From the NCBI GenBank assembly GCA_963677925.2, contig CAXXYH010000003.1, forward strand, positions 992,001 to 1,056,000: DNA of 64,000 nucleotides. Reading direction: 5' to 3'. Positions 1 through 9,119 of this stretch are shown in pieces. The notes below the pieces were generated by a model that was not told the DNA's origin, made no database searches, and saw only the letters and a program-made list of their open reading frames with translations. Source of the stretch: Spirochaetia bacterium (lineage in GTDB: Bacteria > Spirochaetota > Spirochaetia > UBA9216). Each line of letters starts with the position of its first letter. The first letter of the stretch is position 1. The translations under genes were made by a program, and so were the position numbers.

Positions 1-871
1 ATTTCAGAAAAATAATCATCCCCTGAAGCTCAGCTTCCATACGTCCAAGATCTCTGGACAGATAGATGGAAATATATTTTCGAAGCTGTACTCCGAAAAA
101 CAGGACAACTTCTCTGAAAAACTCTTCCTTGCTGCTGAAATAAATATAAAAGGTCCCTACCGCATAACCGGCAGCCCGCGTTATTTCATAGATATTGACC
201 TTATAAAAGCTGTGTTCGGCAATGAGCTTGGTCCCTGCCAGAATCAGTTTGGTCCTGGTATCACAGTCATCCATAGAATCTGCAGCGGAGGGGGCTTCAA
301 TTTTCAGGAAATCAAAGTCTGCCGGCGGATCAACCGAAAATATTCCCTGATATACAAGGTCTTTTAAAAACTCTGCCGTTACATGATCCCGTGTAAAGCA
401 GGGCCGTCTAAGAAGAAAACGGATACTCCCTACTATATAGAGGTACTCGCTGATCTTCATATCCCTGCCGTAAACAGCTTTCAGTACAGACAGGTATATA
501 TCCCTCAGTCTCCGCTCATACTCGGGAAACCGGTACTCACCTTCGCGGAAAATATTGATATAAGCGAGGTCATTGCTGTTGCTTTCAAGAATAAGACTGA
601 AAAAGGAAACAAGACGCTGTTCAACACTATCTCCGTTTAAACGGGTAAAACGCTTAGCATGAATCTCAAGAAACTCATCGAGTATGGCGGTGAATATTTC
701 TTCCTTGTTTTTAAAATATCGATAAAAAACACCGTTGGACAGCTCAGCCGAACGGCAGATCTCTGCTATTGAAATAGCATCATACCAATTCTCTGAAAAA
801 AGCATTGTAGCCGATGCTATAAGTTTTTCCCGGGTGATGGTTTTTCTGTCTTTATCTGCCGTCGAACTCAA
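1..871 (-). CDS. Tandem (two-HTH) TetR/AcrR family transcriptional regulator; 3' end runs off the window
   Basis: Not in the ORF track; translated by hand. TTG at 871 after GGAG, open frame to position 2. HTH1 TREKLIASATMLFSENWYDAISIAEICRSAELSNGVFYRYFKNKEEIF; HTH2 TRTKLILAGTKLIAEHSFYKVNIYEITRAAGYAVGTFYIYFSSKEEFF. Confidence 0.88.
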   Translation of the reverse strand, partial: MSSTADKDRKTITREKLIASATMLFSENWYDAISIAEICRSAELSNGVFYRYFKNKEEIFTAILDEFLEIHAKRFTRLNGDSVEQRLVSFFSLILESNSNDLAYINIFREGEYRFPEYERRLRDIYLSVLKAVYGRDMKISEYLYIVGSIRFLLRRPCFTRDHVTAEFLKDLVYQGIFSVDPPADFDFLKIEAPSAADSMDDCDTRTKLILAGTKLIAEHSFYKVNIYEITRAAGYAVGTFYIYFSSKEEFFREVVLFFGVQLRKYISIYLSRDLGRMEAELQGMIIFLK

Positions 872-1619
872 TAAGTATCTCCATGAAAAGCGCAGGATCT
901 TCAATCATCAGAGAGTGGCCTACATGACTGATCTCTTTGTAATCACCATGGAAAGCTTCGGCTGTCTGCCTTCCCATATCCTCAGTGATTAGAGGATCAA
1001 GTGCACCGCGTACAAATAAAACCGGCTCACTGAATTTTGATGCTTCAGTGCTGTAATCAGCACGCTCAAGGGCCCTTGGGTTTCCCGCATAGGATAATTT
1101 ATTCATTAACATAGCTTCATCTGCTAAAAGATTCAAGATATCCTCATCCTTACAGGTTGGAACCATAGCGGCGATGGCGGCCTTTATCATATCACGGTTG
1201 GTCTTATACAGTTCAATGACACTGTAATGCTCTTCCGGAGTTTTAAGACCGTATACAGGGCCGGAATCAATAAGCAGCAGTTTCCCGACCTTCTCAGGAT
1301 AATGCAGGCCGAGAGCCATGGCGACAGGACCTCCAAGTGAATGACCGACAACCAGACATCCCGAAATTTCAAGTTCATCCAGAAGATCATTCAGGTAATC
1401 TGCATATAAATTGATATCAGATTCTTCAATCTGATCCGAACGTCCGAAATTAATCATATCAGGAGCGATAGTCCGGTATCCGGGAATATCCATTACTTCC
1501 CGGAACCAGACATGGGATCCTGTATTACCATGGATATAAAGAACCGGGCTGCCCTCACCTTTTTCCTGATAATACAGTTTGTGATTCTTAATACTTATGT
1601 ATTTGCCCGGTTTATCCAT
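852..1619 (-). CDS. Alpha/beta fold hydrolase (esterase-like)
   Basis: HG oxyanion motif (IHGN), GHSLGG nucleophile elbow, G-x-x-D (GALD), C-terminal GH. Confidence 0.9.
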   Translation of the reverse strand: MDKPGKYISIKNHKLYYQEKGEGSPVLYIHGNTGSHVWFREVMDIPGYRTIAPDMINFGRSDQIEESDINLYADYLNDLLDELEISGCLVVGHSLGGPVAMALGLHYPEKVGKLLLIDSGPVYGLKTPEEHYSVIELYKTNRDMIKAAIAAMVPTCKDEDILNLLADEAMLMNKLSYAGNPRALERADYSTEASKFSEPVLFVRGALDPLITEDMGRQTAEAFHGDYKEISHVGHSLMIEDPALFMEILIEFDGR

Positions 1620-1640
1620 CTTTACATCCTTATTTGAATT

Positions 1641-2342
1641 CTATATTCCCAGATAAGCCTGCAGAACATGCGGATCGTTAGCCAGCTTTTCTGACGAATT
1701 CTCCATAATTATACTTCCGTTTTCCAGTATATACCCTCTGTCAACTGCCCGGAGGCTTTCCTTTACATTCTGCTCTGTAACCAGAACAGAAATATCCTTC
1801 TTCATGTCCTTCAGTATTGTAAATAATTCAGAAACGATCGAAGGCTGAAGCCCCAGAGAAGGTTCATCAAGGATAAGAAGCTTCGGAATCGACATAAGGG
1901 ATCGGCCGATTGCCAGCTGACGCTGCTGACCGCCGCTCATGGTCCCTGCATGCTGAGCCTTCCGCTCCTTAAGGATCGGAAAGATTGCATAAACTTTCTC
2001 AAGCATTTCTTCCTGCCTAGTCTTCGCATGCGGAATAAATGAAGAACCTAAAAGAAGGTTCTCATAAACTGAAAGAAAGGGAAAAAGCTCCCTTTCCTGG
2101 GGAACCAGGGCTATGCCCGACCGTGCAACCAGATGAGTTTCCATGCCGGTTACAGGCTTTCCGTCAAAAATAATTTCACCTGAAGCAGGCTTTACCATAC
2201 CCATAACAGCGTTAATCAGGGTTGTTTTTCCTGCACCGTTGGGGCCGAAAAGTCCGACAGATTCTTCACCGATCGACATGCTGAGATCTCTGATTACATG
2301 CAGCTTTCCGTAATAACAGTTAAGATTTTTTATTTCAAGCAT
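1641..2342 (-). CDS. livF: Branched-chain amino acid-type ABC transporter ATPase (LivF-like)
   Basis: Walker A GPNGAGKT, MSGGQQ signature, LILDEPSLGL, C-terminal AYLG. Confidence 0.9.
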   Translation of the reverse strand: MLEIKNLNCYYGKLHVIRDLSMSIGEESVGLFGPNGAGKTTLINAVMGMVKPASGEIIFDGKPVTGMETHLVARSGIALVPQERELFPFLSVYENLLLGSSFIPHAKTRQEEMLEKVYAIFPILKERKAQHAGTMSGGQQRQLAIGRSLMSIPKLLILDEPSLGLQPSIVSELFTILKDMKKDISVLVTEQNVKESLRAVDRGYILENGSIIMENSSEKLANDPHVLQAYLGI

Positions 2343-3061
2343 CAGAGTGCACCTCCGAGATAAGCTTTGATTACTTCAGGATTCTGAACAACCTTTTCGT
2401 ACGGGCCTTCTGCAATCAGTTCTCCGGAATCAAGAACAACAACCCTGGTGGTAGTTTCCTTGATAACACCCATAACATGCTCAACAACCCCTATTCCCAG
2501 ATTCTGTTCAACAGCTATCTTCTTTACAAGATCGATAACATTATGTGTTTCATCGGCATTAAGCCCTGCCATGATTTCATCAAGGAACAGAATCGTCGGA
2601 CCGGTGGAAAGTGCATGGGCAATTTCCATCATCTTTATTTCAAGAATATTAAGCTTACTGACAGGCCTTGTAATATTTTTCAGACCAAGGTAATCACAGA
2701 GTTTTTCAGTCTCTGCGGCGGCTTTACGCTGCGACATACCCTGCGCAAACACAAAACCTACCATTATATTCTCTTTTAAACTGAGATTCTCGAGCGGGTG
2801 TATAAGCTGATATGTACGGGCTATACCCATTCTTGCTCTCAGATGCGGAGCCATATAAGAGATATCCACACCGTTGAAGTGGATGGTTCCTGATGTGGGA
2901 TTTATAACTCCCGAGATCAGGTTAATAAGCGTTGTCTTACCTGCTCCGTTCGGTCCGATTATACCGACGATTTCACCGCGTGATATTGTCAGATCAACAC
3001 CGTTAACAGCCTGCAGACCGCCGAAGCGCTTGGTTAAACTTTTGATTTCGAGATCAGCCAT
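2342..3061 (-). CDS. livG: Branched-chain amino acid-type ABC transporter ATPase (LivG-like)
   Basis: KRFGGL, GPNGAGKT, LFLDE, VEH, NPEVIKAYLG. Confidence 0.9.
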   Translation of the reverse strand: MADLEIKSLTKRFGGLQAVNGVDLTISRGEIVGIIGPNGAGKTTLINLISGVINPTSGTIHFNGVDISYMAPHLRARMGIARTYQLIHPLENLSLKENIMVGFVFAQGMSQRKAAAETEKLCDYLGLKNITRPVSKLNILEIKMMEIAHALSTGPTILFLDEIMAGLNADETHNVIDLVKKIAVEQNLGIGVVEHVMGVIKETTTRVVVLDSGELIAEGPYEKVVQNPEVIKAYLGGAL

Positions 3062-3987
3062 TATTTTGCCTCCCTTGAAAATCTTGATTTAATCAGGCCG
3101 GTGATTCCGGCAGGCATAACAAGTATAACAAACACAATAATGAGTCCGTAAACAATCAGATGACCGTATGGTATATAGAGCTTTAGGTACTCCGAAACTA
3201 TTCCAAGCAGAAGGGCGCCTACAACCGGGCCCCATGTTCCGTACATTCCGCCCAGCAGCGACATGGCCAAAGGCAGAAGGGTGTAGTCAGAACTGAAGCT
3301 GCTGTCCGGAGTTACAAAACCGTACATCTGGGCATAAACACCGCCGGCAAGGCCCTGTATACCTGAAGTAATACCGAATACGACTACAAGATACATAAAG
3401 ATATTTATTCCGCTGGTTCTTGCTACAATTTCATTATTACGGATTGAAGTAAGGGCCAGGTGAAACTTTGAACGCTCAAAATACATAGATGCGGCAATGG
3501 CTCCTATAGCGAGGGCAAGGGTCAGAAAGTACATTCCGTAGGAATTACCGCCGAAGATTACATCTTTTAAAACAAGACCTTCAGGTCCTCCGGTAACATC
3601 ATTCCAGTTCCTGATGATTATTTTGAAAATTTCGGCAGCTGCAAGAGTCGTTATCGCAAAATACATACCCCGGAGCCTCAATACTATGAATCCCATACCA
3701 AATGCCACAAGACCGACAAGAACTCCACCAATCAGGATAGACGGTAAAGCTGGAATACCAAGTTTAAGACAAAGCAATGCAGAAAAATAGCTGCCGATTC
3801 CGAAAAATCCGGCAATACCGAATGACAGCTGTCCGGAACGAATCAGCATATCCCAGCTTACAGCCAGCGCCATATAAGTCATCACTGTACGTGCTATTGA
3901 CTGAGGATATGGACCTGAAAAAAGCGGAAACAGTATTGCAAACACCGCTACTAAAGCGGCAGGAATTATCATTTTCAGGTTTTTCAC
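3061..3987 (-). CDS. livM: Liv-type ABC transporter permease (LivM-like)
   Basis: Hydrophobic; GQLSFG, LRLRGMYFAITTLA, TGGPEGL motifs. Confidence 0.88.
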   Translation of the reverse strand: MKNLKMIIPAALVAVFAILFPLFSGPYPQSIARTVMTYMALAVSWDMLIRSGQLSFGIAGFFGIGSYFSALLCLKLGIPALPSILIGGVLVGLVAFGMGFIVLRLRGMYFAITTLAAAEIFKIIIRNWNDVTGGPEGLVLKDVIFGGNSYGMYFLTLALAIGAIAASMYFERSKFHLALTSIRNNEIVARTSGINIFMYLVVVFGITSGIQGLAGGVYAQMYGFVTPDSSFSSDYTLLPLAMSLLGGMYGTWGPVVGALLLGIVSEYLKLYIPYGHLIVYGLIIVFVILVMPAGITGLIKSRFSREAK

Positions 3988-4910
3988 AGTTTCCTCCCCT
4001 TTAACGAACGGCTTAGAATTACAACAACAATAAGAACAAAGAATATTATATTTGACCAGCCGCTGAAGCCTCTGAATGATGAGATGAAACTTTCAGCTAC
4101 ACCAAGTCCTATACTTCCCAGAAGTACTGCAGGAAGATTTCCTATTCCGGCCATTGCAACCAGACAGAAAGATTTCATGGTGAAGGGTCCTCCGGCTGTG
4201 GGAAATATTGACATCTTTGTGAGAAAGAATGCGCCCATGATTCCAAGAAGTGCTGATGATATTGAAAAAATAAGCATGTATGTTAAATGTACATTAATTC
4301 CGACTATTGCGGCGCCTCTTGGATTCTGGCCGACGGCAAGTGCTGCCTGACCAATCCTGGTCTTCTTAAGAAAAAGAAGGAGGCCGACAAGCATGATAAC
4401 AGCCACCGCAACAAAAATAAAATCGTAGGTACCGAAACTCAATTCACCGATTTTGGCAGAAGCCGTTACATAATCGAGTGAGAGTTTTCTCGGCTGTGAT
4501 GTTGCAAAAAGGTTGATCCCCTGACTGATGACCATTGCAATACCGAATGTAAGTATCAGCTGATTAAGCTCGGGTGCGCTTATTGCTCTTTTAATAGTAA
4601 TCTGATAAAGGATTGCTCCGATTACGAACATTACAGCTGCCGTAAGAAACATTGCAATAAGAGGATCAATACCAGTCATCCTGCTTATGTTATAGGTCAT
4701 GTAGGCCGCAAGAATCATCAGCTCGCCGTGGGCAAGGTTGACGATGTGAACAATTCCAAGGACAAGAGCCATTGGAAGAGCAATAGCCGCATACAGACCG
4801 GCTCTCTGGACACCGAATATCAGAACAGTCGGTTTCCATATAAGCAGAATCACTGCAATAATGATGGATAGCGCTACCGGTACAATTACCTTTAGCTTTC
4901 TATTCGACAT
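3984..4910 (-). CDS. livH: Liv-type ABC transporter permease (LivH-like)
   Basis: Hydrophobic; IVNLAHGE, KTRIG..A.AVGQN..A..VGIN motifs. Confidence 0.88.
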   Translation of the reverse strand: MSNRKLKVIVPVALSIIIAVILLIWKPTVLIFGVQRAGLYAAIALPMALVLGIVHIVNLAHGELMILAAYMTYNISRMTGIDPLIAMFLTAAVMFVIGAILYQITIKRAISAPELNQLILTFGIAMVISQGINLFATSQPRKLSLDYVTASAKIGELSFGTYDFIFVAVAVIMLVGLLLFLKKTRIGQAALAVGQNPRGAAIVGINVHLTYMLIFSISSALLGIMGAFFLTKMSIFPTAGGPFTMKSFCLVAMAGIGNLPAVLLGSIGLGVAESFISSFRGFSGWSNIIFFVLIVVVILSRSLKGRKL

Positions 4911-4937
4911 ATAAATTCTCCTGTGGATGGGTGAAAG

Positions 4938-4963
4938 AGGGAAACCTCAGCTGAGGTTTCCCT
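4938..4963. terminator. Perfect 26-bp palindrome after the substrate-binding protein gene (partial terminator or mRNA stabiliser)
   Basis: AGGGAAACCTCAG|CTGAGGTTTCCCT, flanked by A-rich and T-rich tracts. Confidence 0.7.
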
Positions 4964-4978
4964 TCTTTTTAAAAGATA

Positions 4979-6202
4979 TTATCTTTTGCCCCAGGGTGTA
5001 AACGGGTAAACAGGTGCGGCTGTTGCGTATTCGAACGGCCATATAACTTCCTGTGAACCATTCTGCCACTGCAGAATTTTCTGGTTTCTGATTCCCTGGT
5101 TCTGAATTACATTTGACGGGCTGAAAGTGATGGTTTCTCCAAGAGGAGATTCATAGCTTGTTTTCTTTGTAGCTGCTACGAGAGCTTCGGTATCAAGTGT
5201 ACCTGCTCTTTCAATAGCTTCTGCAACAATGTAAACAGCTGAGTATGAAAGCGGTGCAAAGTATGTAGCCGGAACATTACCGTATTTAGCCTTGTATCCT
5301 GCTGTAAAGTTTTTACTTACATCACTTACCTTGTCGATTGAAGGTGCCCACATACCGTAGAGAGTTACGTTTTCTGCAAGTGCAGAATCACCGAAGTCTG
5401 AAGGCCATCCTGGAGGAGCTCCAACGTACAGAGGAGGATTAAAATCCATGGCTTTTGACTGTTCCATCAGAGGAAGAGCGTCTGCATCATAACCTGCCCA
5501 GATGAATACATCAGGCTTGTAGGCTTTTGCATGCTCAATTACTGCACTGTAATCTCCGCCGCCTGCTGCTGCTGACTGGAATGACTCTCCGTCGATGTCC
5601 ATGTCTGCAAAAAGGTACTTGGTTGCATCAAATGAAGCCTTGCCGAAAGGACCTTCTTCATAAGCGAGGAACCATCTGTCAATTTTAATCTGGGGGAATT
5701 TTTCAGCAATTGCAGCCCAGCCTTCTACATAGCTTGCGCCCTGGTTGTAGTCCCATGGATGAAGATGGAAATACCAGTCGGCATCTGCGCCCATTGCTTC
5801 TTCTGCAGTGTGGGAAGCCGCACCTGTCCAAACGGTAAGTTTCTTATACTTTTTAAGTGTAGGAATCTGACCAAGATGAACACCGCTGGACATACCGCCG
5901 ATGAAAACATCTACATTTTCTACTGTCGCAAGTCTCTCAAGAGCTGCGGCACCCTTCTCAGGTTTGAACTCACTGTCAATTACGACCAGTTCAAGAGGTC
6001 TTCCAAGAACACCGCCGTTCTTATTGATCTCATCAACTGCGAGCTGAGCAGCCTTGCTTCCCTGATCTCCGGTTATATCAGCAAGCGGCCATACACCACC
6101 AAGCTTAATCGGATCTTTTCCACCTTCCTGTTGTCCGCCGGCAAACAGTACTGCAGTACTGAGCAGAAGAACTGCAAGAAGCATTAGCTTTCGCATTGTC
6201 AT
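4979..6202 (-). CDS. Liv-type ABC transporter substrate-binding protein
   Basis: Start moved to ATG 6202 (GGAGGT RBS); signal peptide ending FAGGQQE; AVDEINKNGGVLGRPLELVVID typical of the LivJ/LivK family. Confidence 0.9.
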   Translation of the reverse strand: MTMRKLMLLAVLLLSTAVLFAGGQQEGGKDPIKLGGVWPLADITGDQGSKAAQLAVDEINKNGGVLGRPLELVVIDSEFKPEKGAAALERLATVENVDVFIGGMSSGVHLGQIPTLKKYKKLTVWTGAASHTAEEAMGADADWYFHLHPWDYNQGASYVEGWAAIAEKFPQIKIDRWFLAYEEGPFGKASFDATKYLFADMDIDGESFQSAAAGGGDYSAVIEHAKAYKPDVFIWAGYDADALPLMEQSKAMDFNPPLYVGAPPGWPSDFGDSALAENVTLYGMWAPSIDKVSDVSKNFTAGYKAKYGNVPATYFAPLSYSAVYIVAEAIERAGTLDTEALVAATKKTSYESPLGETITFSPSNVIQNQGIRNQKILQWQNGSQEVIWPFEYATAAPVYPFTPWGKR

Positions 6203-6223
6203 ATCTACCTCCAAAAAAATGAT

Positions 6224-6329
6224 AACTGAATCTTCTCTCATTTATTATTGAATGACTATTTGCCGTTGTCAAGAAAAAACTTGCGTCAAAACTGCCCTGA
6301 TGTTAATATTTTTGAGAGGTGATTCAGTT
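6224..6329. promoter_or_regulatory. Divergent sigma70 promoter pair, each followed by a TGAGAGRWGATTCAST operator copy
   Basis: Minus: TTGACA 6272-6267, 17 nt, AATAAT 6249-6244, motif 6240-6225. Plus: TTGCGT 6281-6286, 17 nt, TGn-TAATAT 6304-6309, motif 6313-6328. Confidence 0.8.
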
Positions 6330-6344
6330 ATTAGGAGGAATTTC

Positions 6345-7166
6345 ATGTCAGAAGTGATGATAAACGGAATAAATATCTATTACGAGGAAAAGGGTGACCC
6401 GACCTCGGGCGCGGCGCTTTTCTTCCTGAACGGCGTTATGGCATCAACCGGAAGCTGGGATCTGATGCTTCCCGTTTTTGAAAAAGCTGGGTTCCGCATA
6501 ATCCTTCATGACTTTCGTGCCCAGCTTAAATCCGGAAAACCCGAACAGACGCCGACATTCGATGAACATGTTGAGGATCTCAAAGGACTGATGGATCATC
6601 TTGGAATTTCAAGAGCATCATTTATAGGAACAAGCTACGGCGGCGAGGTTTTCATGTACTTTGCGGCTAAATACCCGCAGAAATGCTCCTCAGGTGTGAT
6701 CATCGATTCTGTGAGCGAATTAAGTCCCCTGCTTGAAGCGGCTGTAGGTTCATGGCTGACAGCTGCAGAACTCGGCAATGGCGAAGCATTCTATAACATC
6801 ATGCTTCCATGGCTTTACAGCAGCAGCTATCTTAAGAATAACCGTGATTTTCTCCTGCAGAGAGGAAGTCAGATGAACAGCCTGCCCGCAGATTACTTCA
6901 GCGGACAGGCGGATCTCTACCGTACTTTTCTTACTGTGGACATCACTTCCAGACTTCATGAGATAACAGCACCAGTTCTTGTATTGTGCGGTAAAGAAGA
7001 TATACTGAAACCGCCGACCTTTTCAGAAATAATTGCTGATAATATTCCTTCGGGAGAATTTATTTTAATCCCGGACTGCGGGCATGTGGCAATATTTGAA
7101 AAAGCCCATGAACTGAACGAACTGATCATGGGCTTTTATGAAAGGAAAAGACTTATCCCATCCTGA
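6345..7166 (+). CDS. Alpha/beta fold hydrolase
   Basis: Start moved to ATG 6345 (AGGAGG RBS); GTSYGG nucleophile, GKED, CGH. Confidence 0.9.
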   Translation: MSEVMINGINIYYEEKGDPTSGAALFFLNGVMASTGSWDLMLPVFEKAGFRIILHDFRAQLKSGKPEQTPTFDEHVEDLKGLMDHLGISRASFIGTSYGGEVFMYFAAKYPQKCSSGVIIDSVSELSPLLEAAVGSWLTAAELGNGEAFYNIMLPWLYSSSYLKNNRDFLLQRGSQMNSLPADYFSGQADLYRTFLTVDITSRLHEITAPVLVLCGKEDILKPPTFSEIIADNIPSGEFILIPDCGHVAIFEKAHELNELIMGFYERKRLIPS

Positions 7167-8172
7167 TTACACAGGCAGCCCAGACAAAGCCTATACCGCC
7201 TGCAACAAAGACAACATTGTCTCCGTCTTTAATTCTGCCCAGTTTCAATCCTTCTTCAAGTGAAATCAGCTGGTCGTTCTGGCCTATATGGCCGTAATCT
7301 TCAAGATAAAAACTCTGTTCCGGTTTTAGATTGAATTCGTTTAGAAATGCTTCGTGCGTCCTGCGGTTGAAATGCAGAATACCAAGATAATCCAGACCTG
7401 AATCATCAAGCCCTGACTGCTCCAGAGACTCCCTTATAACAGCATAGAAATTGGGAACTGTTACCTCCTTGAGTTTCTCTTTAAAAAGATCATTATCCTC
7501 GATTGTGAAATACATCTTTTCTGCGTCTTCCGGCTTCATCGGCCAGTGTTTCGTGCCGCCGTATTTTACAGTACAGAGTTCAGAAAAACTTCCGTCGCCC
7601 TTGAAAGAAGATCCCATCAGGATATTCTTTTCGTAGCCGCCCTGAAGAATGGCCGCGCTTCCGCCGGCTCCAAGGTCGTACATAAAGGTAGTTTCAGAGA
7701 CCTTGTAATTAATAAAATCCCCGTTGCGGTATCCGCTGGCAAGAAGAACTGTTTTACATCGGCCTGAAGCGATAAGGCCCCTGGCTACTTCAAACCCGCT
7801 GATCATCGAACCGCACATAGCCTCCATATCGAATGACCAGGCGTTTTTAGCACCAAGCTTATCGGCAATATTAAGACCGGCAAGCCAGCAGACATAATCC
7901 TTATGCTGACCGCCGTTGTAAATAACGCAGTCAATAGCCATGGGATCTATATCCGCCATGGCTATAGCTTTTCTGGAAGCCTCCAGCGCCATAAATGCGG
8001 TTGTCTCATGCTCCTGAGCCATAGGCTTGCGTTTAAAACCCAGTTTTTCAATAACTATATTCTCGGGAACCCCGCTCTCTTCAGAGACCTTTGCCGCGTC
8101 CCAGAAAGTTTCAGGAATATACGTTCCCCATCCTCTTAATCCCACACAGGGATTATCAAATTTCATCTGCAT
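7153..8172 (-). CDS. FabH-like (KAS III fold) condensing enzyme/acyltransferase, Cys-His-His type
   Basis: DMEAMCGS (Cys), ILHFN (His), YGHIGQND (His at the usual Asn), GIGFVWAA C-terminus. Confidence 0.85.
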   Translation of the reverse strand: MQMKFDNPCVGLRGWGTYIPETFWDAAKVSEESGVPENIVIEKLGFKRKPMAQEHETTAFMALEASRKAIAMADIDPMAIDCVIYNGGQHKDYVCWLAGLNIADKLGAKNAWSFDMEAMCGSMISGFEVARGLIASGRCKTVLLASGYRNGDFINYKVSETTFMYDLGAGGSAAILQGGYEKNILMGSSFKGDGSFSELCTVKYGGTKHWPMKPEDAEKMYFTIEDNDLFKEKLKEVTVPNFYAVIRESLEQSGLDDSGLDYLGILHFNRRTHEAFLNEFNLKPEQSFYLEDYGHIGQNDQLISLEEGLKLGRIKDGDNVVFVAGGIGFVWAACVIRMG

Positions 8173-8180
8173 AGTTTCCT

Positions 8181-8978
8181 CTACTTTGCGATTTGACGGG
8201 AACCGAATGTTACGCCTCCGGTAATTTCAATGGTAGTTCCGTCAATGGCTTCATTATCAACAACATGAAGCATCAGCTTTGCAATTTCTTCAGGAGCTAT
8301 CAGTCTTCCGATATGGACATCCTTCAAAATGGCATTAAGTGCATCCTGATTCATATTTGTCAGCATCGGAGTTCCAACATATCCCGGAGCCAGACCGACT
8401 ACCCTGATATTGCTTATACCCTTCATGTGAAACTCACCTGCAAGCAGCTTCGGCCACATTCCGACTGCTGATTTGGTAGCTGAATAGTTAAGCTGCCCCA
8501 CCTGCCCGATCTTGTTGACTGATGAAATTGTAAACAGAACACCTTCCCATCCGTTATCAACCATGATTGCTGCGGCTTCTCTGAGAGTCAGGAAGGTTCC
8601 TGAAAGATTTATGTTTATTACAGACTGAAAATCATCAAAACTCATTGTCCGTTTAACCTTTCCGGTTTCCTTGTCTGTATTAATCATAAGTCCGTCACGG
8701 ATAATTCCCGCACAGGGAACAACGATATTAACTGAACCATAGGTTTCGGCTGCTTTTTTCATCAGCTCTTTAACCTGATTCTCATCAGTAACGTTTACTG
8801 TAGTACCTGCAGCCTCTCCGCCTGCAGCCTGAATGTCAGCAACAACTCGATCGATGCTCTCCTGGTTTATATCACCAAGAAATACTTTTGCCCCGGCTTT
8901 TGCTATCGTCTTTGCTACGGCCTCACCGATGCCGCTTCCACCGCCTGTAACAACCAGAACTTTTCCCTTAATATCCAT
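8181..8978 (-). CDS. SDR family oxidoreductase (3-oxoacyl/acetoacetyl-CoA reductase-like)
   Basis: TGGGSGIG, AGIIRDG, ISS, YSATK, APGY; Asp after beta2 (LGDIN) suggests NAD(H). Confidence 0.9.
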   Translation of the reverse strand: MDIKGKVLVVTGGGSGIGEAVAKTIAKAGAKVFLGDINQESIDRVVADIQAAGGEAAGTTVNVTDENQVKELMKKAAETYGSVNIVVPCAGIIRDGLMINTDKETGKVKRTMSFDDFQSVININLSGTFLTLREAAAIMVDNGWEGVLFTISSVNKIGQVGQLNYSATKSAVGMWPKLLAGEFHMKGISNIRVVGLAPGYVGTPMLTNMNQDALNAILKDVHIGRLIAPEEIAKLMLHVVDNEAIDGTTIEITGGVTFGSRQIAK

Positions 8979-8994
8979 ATAGCCTCCTGTTTAT

Positions 8995-9092
8995 ACTGAA
9001 TCACCTCTCATTATAGTGCAGTTTTTATTACTGTCAAGAAAAAAATTGACAGATAAAAGGCTTATGTTATAATAAATGAGAGATGATTCACT
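8995..9092. promoter_or_regulatory. Divergent consensus sigma70 promoter pair, each followed by a TGAGAGRWGATTCAST operator copy
   Basis: Minus: TTGACA 9037-9032, 16 nt, TATAAT 9015-9010, motif 9010-8995. Plus: TTGACA 9046-9051, 16 nt, TGn-TATAAT 9068-9073, motif 9077-9092. Confidence 0.85.
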
Positions 9093-9119
9093 TATAACTT
9101 AACAAATGGAGGTTAAAAA

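Noticed and set aside
383-992. Two 85-aa plus-strand ORFs
   Set aside because: Antisense to the tandem TetR frame that the ORF track missed because it runs off the window
6203-6344. Longer N-termini in the ORF track for the binding protein (6241) and hydrolase (6252)
   Set aside because: They run through the promoter/operator region; downstream ATGs have strong RBSs
6224-9092. Repeated motif as transposon ends or CRISPR repeats
   Set aside because: No transposase, target duplication or regular spacers; copies sit at promoter start sites
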